NCBI GenBank assembly: GCA_965200895.1 | Contig: CBDAVM010000002.1 | Location: 415,077-479,076 of the forward strand | Direction of reading: 5' to 3' | DNA from: Vicinamibacterales bacterium | Lineage (GTDB): Bacteria > Acidobacteriota > Vicinamibacteria > Vicinamibacterales > UBA8438 | Length of the DNA: 64,000 nt | Part shown: one piece after another, positions 43,913-54,743 of the stretch | Numbering within the stretch: the first letter of the stretch is position 1 | How the letters are laid out: each line of letters begins with the position of its first letter | Translations under genes and position numbers: made by a program | Notes under the pieces: model-generated | The model's input: only the letters and a program-made list of their open reading frames with translations | What the model was told of the DNA's origin: nothing | Database searches by the model: none

Positions 43913-45745
43913 TTACGTTGCCCGCTTCGGCCGCAGGTTCGCGGCCAGGACCTCCTTGCGCAGTCGGATGCTGCGGGGGGTGATCTCCACCAGCTCGTCG
44001 TCGTCGATGAACTCGATCGCCTGCTCCAGGTTCAGCAGTCGCGGCGGCACCAGCCGCAGCGCCTCCTCGGCGGTGGACGAGCGCATGTTGGTCAGTTTCC
44101 TCTCCTTCGTCACGTTGACGTCCAGGTCGGCCGGCCGCGCGTTCTCCCCGATGATCATGCCCTCGTAGACCGGCGTCCCGGCGTCGAGGAAGATCTCGCC
44201 GCGCTCCTGCAGGTTGTAGATGGCATAGGTGGTCGCCTTCCCGGCCCGGTCGGCCACCAGCACGCCGGTCGGCCGGCCGGGGATGGGCCCGTTCCATGGC
44301 TCCCAGCCCGCGAACAGGTGATGCATGACGCCGGCGCCGCGCGTGTCGGTGAGGAACTGCGACCGGAAGCCGATGAGCCCGCGCGTCGGGATCCGGAACT
44401 CCAGCCGGACCCGGCCGCTGCCGTGGTTCACCATGCGGGTCATCGTGGCTCGCCGGTTGCCGAGCTGCGCGATGACGACGCCCTGGTAGTCCTCGGCCAC
44501 GTCGATGACCAGCTCCTCGACCGGCTCCTCGGTCCGCCCGTTCCGCCGCCGGGTGACGATGCGGGGGCGCGAGACCTGCAGCTCGTAGCCTTCCCGCCGC
44601 ATCATCTCGATGAGGATCGACAACTGCAGCTCGCCGCGCCCGACCACCTGCACCTGTTCCGGCGCGTCGGTGTCCTCGACCCGGATCGACACGTTGCCGA
44701 CCAACTCCCGCGCGAGCCGGTCGCGGAGATTGCGCGAGGTGACGTACCGGCCTTCGCGCCCCGCCATCGGGGACGTGTTGACCCCGAAGACCATCGAGAC
44801 GGTCGGCTCGTCCACGTGCATCGGCGGGATTGGCCGCGGATCGTCCGTGCTGGTGATGGTCTCCCCGATGGTGATCTCGTCGATCCCGGCCAGGCAGATG
44901 ACGTCGCCGGCGGACGCCTGTGACACCTCCATCCGTTGCAGGCCGTCGAAGACGTACAGCTTCGTGACCCGTGTCCGCTCGACCGCGCCGTCCAGCTTCG
45001 AGACCGCGATCGCGTCGCCGGTCGCCACCCGGCCGTTGACGATGCGGCCGATGGCGATTCGTCCCAGGTAGTCGCTCGCATCGAGGTTGGCCACCAGCAC
45101 CTGCAGCGGGGCGTCGGGATCGCCCGACGGAGGCGGCATCCGCTCGGCGATGGCGTCGAGCAGGGGGCGCAGGTTCCGTCCCGGCACGGCGGGGTCGTTA
45201 CTGGCCGTGCCTGCCTTCGCGTTGGCGTAGAGCACCGGGAACTCGATCTGCGCGTCGGTGGCGTCGAGGTCGATGAACAGGTCGTAGATCTCGTCGAGCA
45301 CCTCGGCCGGGCGCGCGTCGGGCCGGTCCATCTTGTTGATGACGACGATCGGCGGCAGTCCCTGCTCGAGCGCCTTGCGCAGGACGAAGCGGGTCTGCGG
45401 CAGGGGCCCCTCGGAGGCGTCGACGAGCAGCAGCACGCCATCGACCATCGTCAGGGTGCGTTCGACCTCGCCGCCGAAGTCGGCGTGGCCCGGCGTGTCG
45501 ACGATGTTGATGATCAGGTTGCGATAGCGGATGGCCGTGTTCTTGGCCATGATGGTGATGCCGCGCTCGCGCTCCAGATCGATGTTGTCGAGGGCGCGCT
45601 CCGCCACGCGCTCGTGCGCGCGGAAGACGCCGCTCTGGTGCAGCATGGCGTCGACCAGCGTGGTCTTGCCGTGGTCCACGTGGGCGACGATCGCGATGTT
45701 GCGGCGGAGGGAGTTGGCGGCGCCGGCGTCGGCGGGCGCTCTCAT
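43913..45745 (-). CDS. typA: translational GTPase TypA/BipA
   Basis: ORF 43913..45781(-). Motifs: [35 protein letters not shown]. The start is ATG 45745 or TTG 45781. Confidence 0.9.
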   Translation of the reverse strand: MRAPADAGAANSLRRNIAIVAHVDHGKTTLVDAMLHQSGVFRAHERVAERALDNIDLERERGITIMAKNTAIRYRNLIINIVDTPGHADFGGEVERTLTMVDGVLLLVDASEGPLPQTRFVLRKALEQGLPPIVVINKMDRPDARPAEVLDEIYDLFIDLDATDAQIEFPVLYANAKAGTASNDPAVPGRNLRPLLDAIAERMPPPSGDPDAPLQVLVANLDASDYLGRIAIGRIVNGRVATGDAIAVSKLDGAVERTRVTKLYVFDGLQRMEVSQASAGDVICLAGIDEITIGETITSTDDPRPIPPMHVDEPTVSMVFGVNTSPMAGREGRYVTSRNLRDRLARELVGNVSIRVEDTDAPEQVQVVGRGELQLSILIEMMRREGYELQVSRPRIVTRRRNGRTEEPVEELVIDVAEDYQGVVIAQLGNRRATMTRMVNHGSGRVRLEFRIPTRGLIGFRSQFLTDTRGAGVMHHLFAGWEPWNGPIPGRPTGVLVADRAGKATTYAIYNLQERGEIFLDAGTPVYEGMIIGENARPADLDVNVTKERKLTNMRSSTAEEALRLVPPRLLNLEQAIEFIDDDELVEITPRSIRLRKEVLAANLRPKRAT

Positions 45746-45940
45746 GGGGCGAGGGGCCCCGACGAAACGGTCACCGGCCAATTATCTCACGGTGTCGAGC
45801 GGCGGGCCGGGTTGGCCGGACGCGCCGGCCCGGAGGCACACCGCCGGCGGCCTGCTTCGTGCCGGCGCGGCGGAACCGCGCCCCCGAAGCTGATATCGTT
45901 GACGGCTGCGGAACAGTTTTCCTGTCGGGAGGGTGTGGGC

Positions 45941-48091
45941 ATGCGAGGGAAGTCCGTGAAAGTAGCGGCGGTGGTCGCGGCGCTGGTGCCCGGCATCGGC
46001 GTCCCGTTCGAGGGTGGCGTGCGCGAGGTCGCCGGACAGCAGGAGATGACCGACAATCCGTTCTTTACCGAGAGCACGCTGCCGTACCGGTTGCCGCCGT
46101 TCGACCGGATCGAGGACGCGCACTATGCGCCGGCGTTCGAGCGCGGCATGGCGGAGCAGATCGCCGAGATCGAGGCCATCGCCTCCCGATCGGAGCCGCC
46201 GACCTTCGAGAACACGATCGTCCCGCTCGAACGTTCGGGACGGCTGCTCGATCGTGTGGCGTCGACGTTCTTCAGCCTCGCCAGCGCGCACACCAACGAC
46301 GCCATCAACGCGGTCCGCAACGAGATGTCGCCGCGGCTGGCCGCGCACACCGACCGCATCCTGCTCGACGCGGACCTGTTCGCGCGGGTGCAGACGCTCT
46401 ACGACCAGCGCGGCTCCCTGGGGCTCGACGACGAGTCGCGGCGGCTCGTCGAGGAGTACCACGTCGATTTCGTGCGGGCCGGGGCGCGGCTGTCCGAGTC
46501 GCAGAAGGAGCGGATGCAGGAGATCAACGCGGAACTGGCGGCGCTGTCGAGCCGCTTCACCCAGAACGTGCTGGACGAGGTCAACGCCGCGGCCGTGGTG
46601 GTGGAGACCCGCGAGGAACTCGTCGGACTCTCGGAGAACCGGATCGCGTCGGCGGCCGCGGCCGCGGCGGCGCGCGGCCTGGAGAACCGGTACGTCATCC
46701 CGCTGCTGAACACCAGCGGCCAGCCGGCCCTGGCGTCGCTCGACGACCGCGGCCTGCGCGCGCGCATCATGCGTACGTCGCTGGCGCGCGGGAGCCAGGG
46801 CGGCGAGTACGACAACCGCGAGGTGATCACCACGATGGCCCGGCTGCGGGCCGAACGGGCCGCGATGCTTGGCTACCCGAACCACGCCGCCTACATCCTG
46901 GAGCGCCAGACCGCGCAGACGGTCGAGGCGGTCAACGAGCGGCTCGCCAGCCTGACCCCGCCGGCGGTGGCGAACGCCGAGCGGGAGGCGGCCGATCTGC
47001 AGGCGATGGCCGACGCGGAAGGCGCCGACCTGGAACTGGCGGCCTGGGACTGGTCCTACTACACCGAGAAGGTGCGGGCCGATCGCTACGCGTTCGACGC
47101 GTCGCAGCTCCGTCCCTACTTCGAGCTGGACAACGTCCTCCACAACGGCGTCTTCTTCGCCGCCAACCGGCTCTACGGGCTGACCTTCGAACTGCGGCCC
47201 GAGCTGCCGGTCTACCACCCGGACGTGCGGGTCTGGGAGGTGTTCGACGCCGACGGGTCCGCGCTGGGGCTGTTCCTCGGCGACTTCCACGCCCGGCCGT
47301 CGAAGCGGGGCGGGGCCTGGATGAACGCCTACGTGTCGCAGTCCCACCTGCTCGGCACGTCCCCCGTGGTGGCGAACCACCTCAACGTGCCGGAGCCGCC
47401 GGCCGGCGAGCCGACGCTGCTGACCTTCGACGAGGTGACGACGCTGTTCCACGAGTTCGGCCACGCCCTGCACGGCCTGTTCTCCGACGTGCGTTATCCG
47501 TACTTCGCGGGCACGTCGGTGCCGCGCGATTTCGTGGAGTACCCCTCGCAGGTCAACGAGATGTGGGCCACCTGGCCGGAAGTGCTGGAGAACTACGCCG
47601 TACACCACGAGACCGGCGAGCCGATGCCGGCCGACCTGCTCGAGAGGGTGCTCGCGGCGCAGCAGTTCAATCAGGGCTTCGCCACCACGGAGTACCTCGC
47701 CGCGTCGCTGCTCGATCAGGCCTGGCACCAGTTGACGGCTGACGAGATCCCGGCCGCCGCTGCCGTCGAGGCGTTCGAGGCAGATGCGCTGGAGGCGGCG
47801 GGGGTGGCCCTGGCCGCGGTGCCGCCGCGCTACCGCAGCACCTACTTCTCGCACATCTGGAGCAGCGGCTACTCGGCCGGCTACTACTCCTACATCTGGA
47901 GCGAGGTGCTCGACGCCGACTCCGTCGAGTGGTTCAAGGAGAACGGCGGCCTGCTCCGCGACAACGGCGACCACTTCCGCCGGACGCTGCTGTCGAAGGG
48001 GGGCAGCGTCGACGCGCTGACGCTCTTCCGCGACTTCCGGGGCGCAGACCCGGACGTGCGACCGCTGCTGGTGCGCCGCGGGCTGGACTGA
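45941..48091 (+). CDS. dcp: peptidyl-dipeptidase Dcp (M3 family zinc metallopeptidase)
   Basis: In-frame ATG at 45941 within ORF 44936..48091. Signal-like MRGKSVKVAAVVAALV. Zinc motif TLFHEFGHALHG. Also YFELDNV and GGAWMN. Confidence 0.9.
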   Translation: MRGKSVKVAAVVAALVPGIGVPFEGGVREVAGQQEMTDNPFFTESTLPYRLPPFDRIEDAHYAPAFERGMAEQIAEIEAIASRSEPPTFENTIVPLERSGRLLDRVASTFFSLASAHTNDAINAVRNEMSPRLAAHTDRILLDADLFARVQTLYDQRGSLGLDDESRRLVEEYHVDFVRAGARLSESQKERMQEINAELAALSSRFTQNVLDEVNAAAVVVETREELVGLSENRIASAAAAAAARGLENRYVIPLLNTSGQPALASLDDRGLRARIMRTSLARGSQGGEYDNREVITTMARLRAERAAMLGYPNHAAYILERQTAQTVEAVNERLASLTPPAVANAEREAADLQAMADAEGADLELAAWDWSYYTEKVRADRYAFDASQLRPYFELDNVLHNGVFFAANRLYGLTFELRPELPVYHPDVRVWEVFDADGSALGLFLGDFHARPSKRGGAWMNAYVSQSHLLGTSPVVANHLNVPEPPAGEPTLLTFDEVTTLFHEFGHALHGLFSDVRYPYFAGTSVPRDFVEYPSQVNEMWATWPEVLENYAVHHETGEPMPADLLERVLAAQQFNQGFATTEYLAASLLDQAWHQLTADEIPAAAAVEAFEADALEAAGVALAAVPPRYRSTYFSHIWSSGYSAGYYSYIWSEVLDADSVEWFKENGGLLRDNGDHFRRTLLSKGGSVDALTLFRDFRGADPDVRPLLVRRGLD

Positions 48092-48196
48092 CGCGGCGGC
48101 GGGCTTCGTCCGTCCGGTACGCGGCGCGGGCAGTCAGGCGGGCGTCGAGTTCGTCACACCGCAGGGTCGACGTGTGGTGTACCCGATAATGACGCG

Positions 48197-49222
48197 GTGC
48201 CGATGTCCGTCCACGTCGCCTTCCTCGGCTGCGGCTTCATCGCCGGGGTCCACAGCGGACACCTGCGGCGACTCGGAGGCGAGTGCGTCCCGAGCTACGC
48301 CAGTCGGGACCGCGTGAGGGCGGAGGCGTACCGGTCGCGGCACGGGGGAATCCGCAGCTTCGGGGACTATCGCGCGGCGATCGAGGATCCCGGCGTCGAC
48401 GCCGTCGTCGTTGCCGTGCCGCCGCGGCTGCATCTCGATCTGACGCTGCAGGCGCTGGCCGCCGGGAAGCACGTGCTGGTGGAGAAGCCGGCATTCCCGC
48501 GGCTGGCCGACTACGAGCAGGTCCGGGAAGCGCGCGACCGTGCGGGTCGGGTCGTCCTGGTGGGAGAGAACGACCACTACAAGCCGCTGGCCCTGTGCCT
48601 GCGCCGGCTTCTGGCCCGGGGCGCGATCGGCGAGTTGATCCTGGCCCACTTCACGACGCTGGTGCGCAAGTTCAAGGCGGCCGGCGACTGGCGCAACGAC
48701 GAGGCGCTGGCGGGCGGCGACGCGTTCTTCGAGGAGGGGATCCACTGGCTGCACGTCGCCAACAGCCTGGGACCGACGATCACGGCGGTTCACGGCTATC
48801 GGCCCCCGCCCGCCGCGCAAACGGGGCCGGATGCCCGCGCCAAGACGATGCTGGCGGCGTTCCGTTACGACAACGGCGCGGTCGGGTCGCTGCACTACTC
48901 GCGCGAGGTCCCGTCGCTGTTGCGCGGCGTGCGGTTGTCGAAGCTGTTCGGACGCGACGGCATCATCACCTTCGAGTCGAACGGCGGCTTCGTCCTGGTG
49001 CGCGGGCGGGCGCGGGCGTGGCCGGAGGTGCGGTTCCCCGGCTTCCGCGACATCCGCGGCTACCAGGCCATGTACCGGGACTTCGCGCGGTCGATCCGCA
49101 CCGGAGGCGCCCCGCAGATGAACCTGGAGGCGGCGATGGCCGATCAGCGCCTGATGGAGCGCATCTACGCTACGGCGGATGCCTCTCCGGGTCCGGATCC
49201 CGGGGTCGTGGTGGAGGGCTGA
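48197..49222 (+). CDS. Gfo/Idh/MocA family oxidoreductase
   Basis: ORF 48197..49222. N-terminal Rossmann fold VAFLGCGFIAGVH, plus AGKHVLVEKP. Confidence 0.85.
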   Translation: MPMSVHVAFLGCGFIAGVHSGHLRRLGGECVPSYASRDRVRAEAYRSRHGGIRSFGDYRAAIEDPGVDAVVVAVPPRLHLDLTLQALAAGKHVLVEKPAFPRLADYEQVREARDRAGRVVLVGENDHYKPLALCLRRLLARGAIGELILAHFTTLVRKFKAAGDWRNDEALAGGDAFFEEGIHWLHVANSLGPTITAVHGYRPPPAAQTGPDARAKTMLAAFRYDNGAVGSLHYSREVPSLLRGVRLSKLFGRDGIITFESNGGFVLVRGRARAWPEVRFPGFRDIRGYQAMYRDFARSIRTGGAPQMNLEAAMADQRLMERIYATADASPGPDPGVVVEG

Positions 49223-49233
49223 CGGCAGATCTT

Positions 49234-50754
49234 ATGCGCCAGTGCTTCGACCTCGTCATCGTCGGCAGCGGCGCCGGCGGCGGCACGCTGGCGCAGGCCC
49301 TGGCGCCGACGGGGGCCAGGATCCTGATCCTGGAGCGCGGCGGGTTCGTCCCGCGGGAGCCCGAGAACTGGGATCCGACCGCGGTCTGGAAGCACCTGCG
49401 CTACCGCACCACGGAAACCTGGCTGGACCGCCGCGGGCGGCCCTTCCTGCCGTACACCCACTACTGCGTCGGCGGCAACACGAAGTTCTGGGGCAGCGTC
49501 CTGTACCGGCTGCGGAAGGAGGACTTCGAGCCGGTGGAGCACCTCGGCGGCATCTCGCCCGCGTGGCCCATCGACTACGCGACGCTGGCGCCCTACTACG
49601 AACGGGCCGAGCGGCTCTACCAGGTGCACGGCGAAGCGGGAGACGACCCGACGGAGCCGCCGCGCGGGCCGTATCCCCACCCGCCGATCCCGCACGCGCG
49701 CGAGATCGCCGAGACGGTCGAGCGGCTTCGCGAACAGGGACTGCATCCGTCGCCGCTCCCGCTCGGGCTGATCGATCCGGGTGCGCCGGACGGCTGCATC
49801 CTCTGCAACACCTGCAACTCGTTCCCGTGCCAGCGACACGCGAAGAGCGAAGCGGAGGTCTGCTGCGTCCGGCCCGCGACCGGACAGGAGAACGTCACGC
49901 TCTGGACACGGGCGTTCGCCCGCCGTCTGCTCACCGACGCCCGCGGCCGGCGGGTCGCCGCCGTCGAGGTCCAGCGCGACGGGGAGACGCTGCGGGTCGA
50001 GGCGCCGCTGGTCGTCGTCTCGTGTGGTGCGGTCAACTCGGCAGTGCTGCTGCTGCGCTCCGCCAACGACCGCCACCCCGACGGACTGGGCAACGCTTCG
50101 GGGCTGCTGGGCCGCCGCTACATGGCGCACCTGGCGACCATGATGCAGGGCTTCCATCCCTTTCGGCTGAACCATGCGGTGTTCCAGAAGACGGTGGGGA
50201 TCAACGACTTCTACTTCAGCGGGCCGCGGACGCGCCATCCGCTCGGCCAGATCCAGGCGCAGGGCCGGACGCACGGCGTGATGGGGCAGACGGTCGTCCC
50301 CTGGGTGCCCGTCCGGGCGTACGACGCCTGGATGGCGCGCGGGGTCGACTGGCTCGCACTGTCCGAGGATCTGCCGCGGCAGGACAACCGCGTCGTCGTC
50401 GATGTAGGTGGCCGCATCCGGCTGGACTACCGTCCCAACAACAGGCGGGCGCACCGCCGGCTCGTGCGCCAGATGCGACGGATTCTGCGCCGCCTCGGGT
50501 ACCTGGCGGTAATGACCCACTCGCACGGGACCAGGAACACCACCCACCAGTGCGGGACGCTCTGTTTCGGAACCGATCCCCGGACGTCGGTGCTGGATCC
50601 CTTCTGCCGGTCGCATGACGTGGAGAACCTGTTCGTGGTCGACGCGTCGTTCTTTCCGTCGTCGGCCGCCGTCAACCCCGGGCTGACCATCGCGGCGCAG
50701 GCGTTGCGGGTGGCCGACCACATCGCCGAGACCGAACTGAGGAGCCTGTCGTGA
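49234..50754 (+). CDS. GMC family FAD-dependent oxidoreductase
   Basis: In-frame ATG at 49234 within ORF 48283..50754. FAD motif DLVIVGSGAGGGTLA. C-terminal HQCGTLCFG and FVVDASFFPSS. Confidence 0.85.
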   Translation: MRQCFDLVIVGSGAGGGTLAQALAPTGARILILERGGFVPREPENWDPTAVWKHLRYRTTETWLDRRGRPFLPYTHYCVGGNTKFWGSVLYRLRKEDFEPVEHLGGISPAWPIDYATLAPYYERAERLYQVHGEAGDDPTEPPRGPYPHPPIPHAREIAETVERLREQGLHPSPLPLGLIDPGAPDGCILCNTCNSFPCQRHAKSEAEVCCVRPATGQENVTLWTRAFARRLLTDARGRRVAAVEVQRDGETLRVEAPLVVVSCGAVNSAVLLLRSANDRHPDGLGNASGLLGRRYMAHLATMMQGFHPFRLNHAVFQKTVGINDFYFSGPRTRHPLGQIQAQGRTHGVMGQTVVPWVPVRAYDAWMARGVDWLALSEDLPRQDNRVVVDVGGRIRLDYRPNNRRAHRRLVRQMRRILRRLGYLAVMTHSHGTRNTTHQCGTLCFGTDPRTSVLDPFCRSHDVENLFVVDASFFPSSAAVNPGLTIAAQALRVADHIAETELRSLS

Positions 50755-51263
50755 GAGCCCGATCCTTCAGCCATGCCGGCATCACTGTCTCCGACTTCAA
50801 CGCCGCGGTGAAGTTCTACTGGGACGTCTTCGGCTGTCCGCTCGTGGGGGTCGCCGACCAGCCGTCGGATCGCGTGCGGAGCTTCTTCGGTGTCGACGCG
50901 GCCGCCCCGAGCTGCAAGGTGGGCTGGATCCGCGTGCCGGGAGGCGCGGTGTTGGAGATCTTCGAGTTCCAACCCCACCAGCGGCCGGTCGACATTCCGT
51001 GGAACCGGGTGGGCCTGACCCACATCGCCTTCAACGTCCGCAACACGCAGAAGTGGCACGACTACCTCGTCGCCAAGGGGGTCGAGTGCGTCGGTCGGCC
51101 GGAGCGCTCGCCGCGCGGCCACTCGTTCTTCTTCGCGAAGGACATGGACGGGAACCTGATCGAGCTGATGGACCTCGGCTACAAGTACCACGTGCTCGCC
51201 TGGCTCGGGCCGCTCGGCGGGTTCCTGTTCCGGCGGGGAATGTACAGGCGCTACTACGAATAG
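50751..51263 (+). CDS. VOC (glyoxalase/bleomycin-resistance/dioxygenase) family protein
   Basis: ORF 50751..51263. GTG overlaps the upstream stop (GTGA). Motifs: FSHAGITVSDF..AVKFY, HIAFNV, DMDGNLIEL. Confidence 0.8.
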   Translation: MRARSFSHAGITVSDFNAAVKFYWDVFGCPLVGVADQPSDRVRSFFGVDAAAPSCKVGWIRVPGGAVLEIFEFQPHQRPVDIPWNRVGLTHIAFNVRNTQKWHDYLVAKGVECVGRPERSPRGHSFFFAKDMDGNLIELMDLGYKYHVLAWLGPLGGFLFRRGMYRRYYE

Positions 51264-51371
51264 GCGCGTATCCGCCGGCGGCACCTGGAGCGTCGTCATC
51301 CCGCCCCCGGATCCTGACGGCAGCCGCGATCCGCCGCGCGGGCGGCCCGGCGGACGCCGTCCCGGAGGAGG

Positions 51372-51884
51372 CTACCGGCGGTGGTCGACGACGTGCTCGA
51401 CTTCGATCATTCTGCCGCCGGCCACGGTGATGACATTGTCGCCGGCAAGGCGCTCCCCGAATGCCCCGTAGCGCGCCGCGATGTCGGACGGCTGCGGCGG
51501 AAGGGGAAACCGCACCACGACGCGTACGCTGCCGCGGGGCCAGTTGAACGTATTGATGCGCGTCCAGAACTGGCCTCCGGTGACCGTGGCCCGGCCCGAC
51601 TCGATCAGGTTCGTGGCCGGCCAGTCCTCCGCCGGTGTGGTGCCGCCCATCTCGTGCGTCACCTCGTAGTCGACGAACGCGCCGTCGGGAAGGTCGGTCG
51701 TGCCCTCGATCCAGAGCTGCCGCCACTCGGAGCGGTGTTCGACGCGGAGCTGGACGGTCTCCGTGCCCGAGGCGGTATCGGAGGCCGCCCCGCCGGAAGC
51801 GCCGCACCCCGACGCCGGACCGATTGCGGGCGGAACGAGCAGGAACAGCAGTCCCATCAACCGTGCGCGGTGCATCGAAAACAT
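51372..51884 (-). CDS. hypothetical lipoprotein
   Basis: ORF 51372..51884(-). Signal with lipobox-like AIGPASGC. No family recognised. Confidence 0.6.
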   Translation of the reverse strand: MFSMHRARLMGLLFLLVPPAIGPASGCGASGGAASDTASGTETVQLRVEHRSEWRQLWIEGTTDLPDGAFVDYEVTHEMGGTTPAEDWPATNLIESGRATVTGGQFWTRINTFNWPRGSVRVVVRFPLPPQPSDIAARYGAFGERLAGDNVITVAGGRMIEVEHVVDHRR

Positions 51885-51895
51885 TATAGTGGGCG

Positions 51896-52474
51896 TTGAT
51901 GGAGCCCCTTCCGCGGCTGCCCGTGGTCGGTGTGATGGGGTCGGGCCGCGAGCCCCACAGAAGACGCGCGCATCGCCTTGGGGAGTGGATCGCGCGGGCC
52001 GGATTCCACCTGCTGACGGGGGGCGGTCCGGGTGTGATGGCCGCCGTCACCGAGGCCTTCGTCCGCGTGGCGGAGCGCCGTGGCGCCGCCATCGGCATCC
52101 TGCCGGCCGCCGCGGGCGGGCAGGGAGGCGCTGCGCCGCCGGGATACCCGAATCCATGGGTCGAGATCGCGGTGCGCACGCATCTGGACCAGGTGGGCGC
52201 GGACGGCGCCGGCCACGCCTCGCGGAACCACCTGAACGTGCTCTCGTCCGACGTCGTCATCGTGCTTCCCGGATCGGCGGGGACGGCGAGTGAGGCCCGC
52301 CTGGCGCTGCGCTACGAGCGCCCGTGCATCGCCTGGCTGGCCAATCGGGTCGACGTGCCCGGATTGCCGGAGGAGGTGCCGGTCGAACCGCGGTTCTCGG
52401 CGGTGGAGACGTTCGTCCGGCGGGCATGCGGACGCGCCGGCGCCGATCAGGGGTCGGGGACGGTCATGCGGTAG
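51896..52474 (+). CDS. TIGR00725/LOG-like Rossmann-fold nucleotide-binding protein
   Basis: ORF 51896..52474. Motifs: VVGVMGSG, LLTGGGPGVMAAV, VIVLPGSAGTASE. Confidence 0.7.
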   Translation: MMEPLPRLPVVGVMGSGREPHRRRAHRLGEWIARAGFHLLTGGGPGVMAAVTEAFVRVAERRGAAIGILPAAAGGQGGAAPPGYPNPWVEIAVRTHLDQVGADGAGHASRNHLNVLSSDVVIVLPGSAGTASEARLALRYERPCIAWLANRVDVPGLPEEVPVEPRFSAVETFVRRACGRAGADQGSGTVMR

Positions 52475-54630
52475 GGCCGGAATGTCAGGTAGAGGCGGAC
52501 GCGTCCCTCGATGGCCGGTATGAGTCCCTCGAAAGGGGTGCCGCGGGCCGCGTCTGCGGCCTGGCGCGCGGTCGACAGCGCATCGTCGAACCGTCCTACC
52601 GCGGCATAGGCCACCGCGAGCGTGTCCAGCACTTCGGGGTGGTCATTGCCGATGAGCGCCACCGCGCGCTGCGCCAGCGCGAGCGAGTCGGCTGACGACC
52701 GGAGTGTCGAGTCCGGGGCCGCCGCCCGCAGCCAGGACAGGCCGACCAGCGCGAGCGGTATCCGTGGATTCAGGTCGAGGGCCCGCTCGTAGTGTGTGAT
52801 GCCGCCGGCAAGGTCGCCGGTGGTGACAAGGGCTCGCGCGAGGTTGGTGTGGACGTCCGGATCGTCGGGCGTCAGGGTCAGCGCCTCGCGAAAGTGGTCG
52901 ATGGCCTCGTCAGTGCCGCCCGTCGCCAGCAGCGCGTTGGCCAGGTTGTAGTGTGCGCTGGCGTCGCGCGAGCCGAACTGCAGGGCGAGCCGGTAGTAGA
53001 CGATGGCCTCGGTCACGGAGCCGGTGGCGGCAAGCAGGGCGCCGAGGTTGTTGTGCGCGGCGGCGTACTCGGGCCGGATGCGGACCGCCTCGCGGAACGC
53101 ATCGATGGCGCCGGCCGTGTCGCCTTCCGCCACCAGCAGCGAGCCCAGGTTGTAGCGCGCCGTCGCGTGGTCGGGGGCCAGCGACAGTGCCGTGTCGAGG
53201 TGCTCGCGGGCCAGCGCCAACTGGTTGAGGGAAAGATAGCGGGCGGCCAGGTCCGTGTGACTGCGGTAGTCGTTCGGGTCCGCGCGCAGCATCGCCTGCA
53301 GACCGAGCAGGTCGTTGCGGGCCTGTTTCCGCAGCAGGTTCTCCACCAGAGCCGCCTCGTCGTCCACGCGCGCCGGCAATGCCTGCAGGAAGACCTCGGC
53401 CCGCGGCGTGGTGTCGTCCGGGTTGTACCGCACCCGGACGGGCGGGTTCGACCGGTTGTGGGGGTTCGCGGCGGAGTTGTCGAAGGTGAACCGGGCCCGG
53501 ACCAGCGTGCCCGCCGGCAGGCGTACCGGCTCGGTATAGCGGTAGCCGTCCTGCCAGTCGAACTGCCAGTCGTCGATCCGCAGGAGGCCCAGCGCGGCTC
53601 CGTCGGGAACTTCGGCCGTGACCTCGAGCGCGGTGCCCAGGCGGTGCAGGTACGCGTAGACGCCCGCCACGTCCACGGGGACCGGGATGCGGTAGCGGTC
53701 CTCGATGACATGGGCAGGCTCGTCGGCCGGGATGTCGAGCGCCGGCGCGTCGAGGACGACGCCCACGCCGCGCCGCGCCGGCGGCTCGTCGGTGAAGTAC
53801 AGTCCGACCGACGCCCGTACATCCACCGGCCGTTCGCGTGATCGCAGCCCGAGCTGCAGGAGCAGGTCGGTGCCCGGATCGAGCTGCCACCCGACGTCTT
53901 CCTCCCGTGCTGCCGTGCGGCGGCCTCCGGCCCACACCAGGAAGTCTCCAGGCGGGAACCGGCCGTGATCCGGCGCCAGTCCGGGGTACCCCGGCCGGTC
54001 CTGATCCTGCTGGCGCCGGCGGGCCGCGCCGGTGTCGTCCAGCGTTATCTGCACGCGCTGGATGGATGCCTCCGCCGCCCGGTCCGGCCGGATGTCGACG
54101 CCGCGCACCCAGCGGGGCGCCGGGATGTCGATCGGGAGGACGAAGTTGCGGTATTCCACGCCACCGCCGGGCGCGACGGTGTACGGCTCCGCCATCGAGA
54201 CGACCAGGTCGGGTTCGCCGAGCGGCCACTCCGCCTCCGGTTCGAACGGCCCGGCGCCGCGCAGGCGCCCGGCCGGCGCACCGGCCGCTGCCCAGCGCCG
54301 CAGCGTCCCGATGTCGGCGTCGGTCAGGCGCGGTTCCCCCTCGAAGCCTCTCGCGGCATACCTGCGCACCGGTCGCCAGGGAGGCATCCGCCGCGCCGCA
54401 ACCATTTCGACGATGCGGTCCGCGCGCGCCCGCGCGTCCTCGTAGGCCAGCAGGCTGAACGGCCCCAGGCCGCCCGGCCGGTGACAGCGGACGCAGTGCT
54501 CGCGCAACAGCGGCGCCACGTCGTCGTACGTCACCTCGGCCTGGCCGGCGGCCGGCGCGGGGACGGTCCAGCAGATCAGGATGGCAACCGCGCTCCGTGC
54601 CGTGGCGACCGCGCTCCGCATGGCGTGCAT
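52447..54630 (-). CDS. secreted protein with N-terminal CxxCH heme-binding-like domain and C-terminal TPR repeats
   Basis: ORF 52447..54630(-). CVRCHRPGGLGPFSL and MPPW are near the N-terminus. At least 6 TPR units (AHYNLANAL, AHNNLGALL, ARYNLGSLL...). Confidence 0.75.
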   Translation of the reverse strand: MHAMRSAVATARSAVAILICWTVPAPAAGQAEVTYDDVAPLLREHCVRCHRPGGLGPFSLLAYEDARARADRIVEMVAARRMPPWRPVRRYAARGFEGEPRLTDADIGTLRRWAAAGAPAGRLRGAGPFEPEAEWPLGEPDLVVSMAEPYTVAPGGGVEYRNFVLPIDIPAPRWVRGVDIRPDRAAEASIQRVQITLDDTGAARRRQQDQDRPGYPGLAPDHGRFPPGDFLVWAGGRRTAAREEDVGWQLDPGTDLLLQLGLRSRERPVDVRASVGLYFTDEPPARRGVGVVLDAPALDIPADEPAHVIEDRYRIPVPVDVAGVYAYLHRLGTALEVTAEVPDGAALGLLRIDDWQFDWQDGYRYTEPVRLPAGTLVRARFTFDNSAANPHNRSNPPVRVRYNPDDTTPRAEVFLQALPARVDDEAALVENLLRKQARNDLLGLQAMLRADPNDYRSHTDLAARYLSLNQLALAREHLDTALSLAPDHATARYNLGSLLVAEGDTAGAIDAFREAVRIRPEYAAAHNNLGALLAATGSVTEAIVYYRLALQFGSRDASAHYNLANALLATGGTDEAIDHFREALTLTPDDPDVHTNLARALVTTGDLAGGITHYERALDLNPRIPLALVGLSWLRAAAPDSTLRSSADSLALAQRAVALIGNDHPEVLDTLAVAYAAVGRFDDALSTARQAADAARGTPFEGLIPAIEGRVRLYLTFRPYRMTVPDP

Positions 54631-54743
54631 CCCTGTAGTCTATCCGCAGGACCTTCGTTCCGGTGCGACGCCGCGGTGGACCGCGACCGGCTGCGCAGCA
54701 ACGGCTGGTCGCCGGCCGTGCCCCGCGTGCGGTAGCGCCGCAC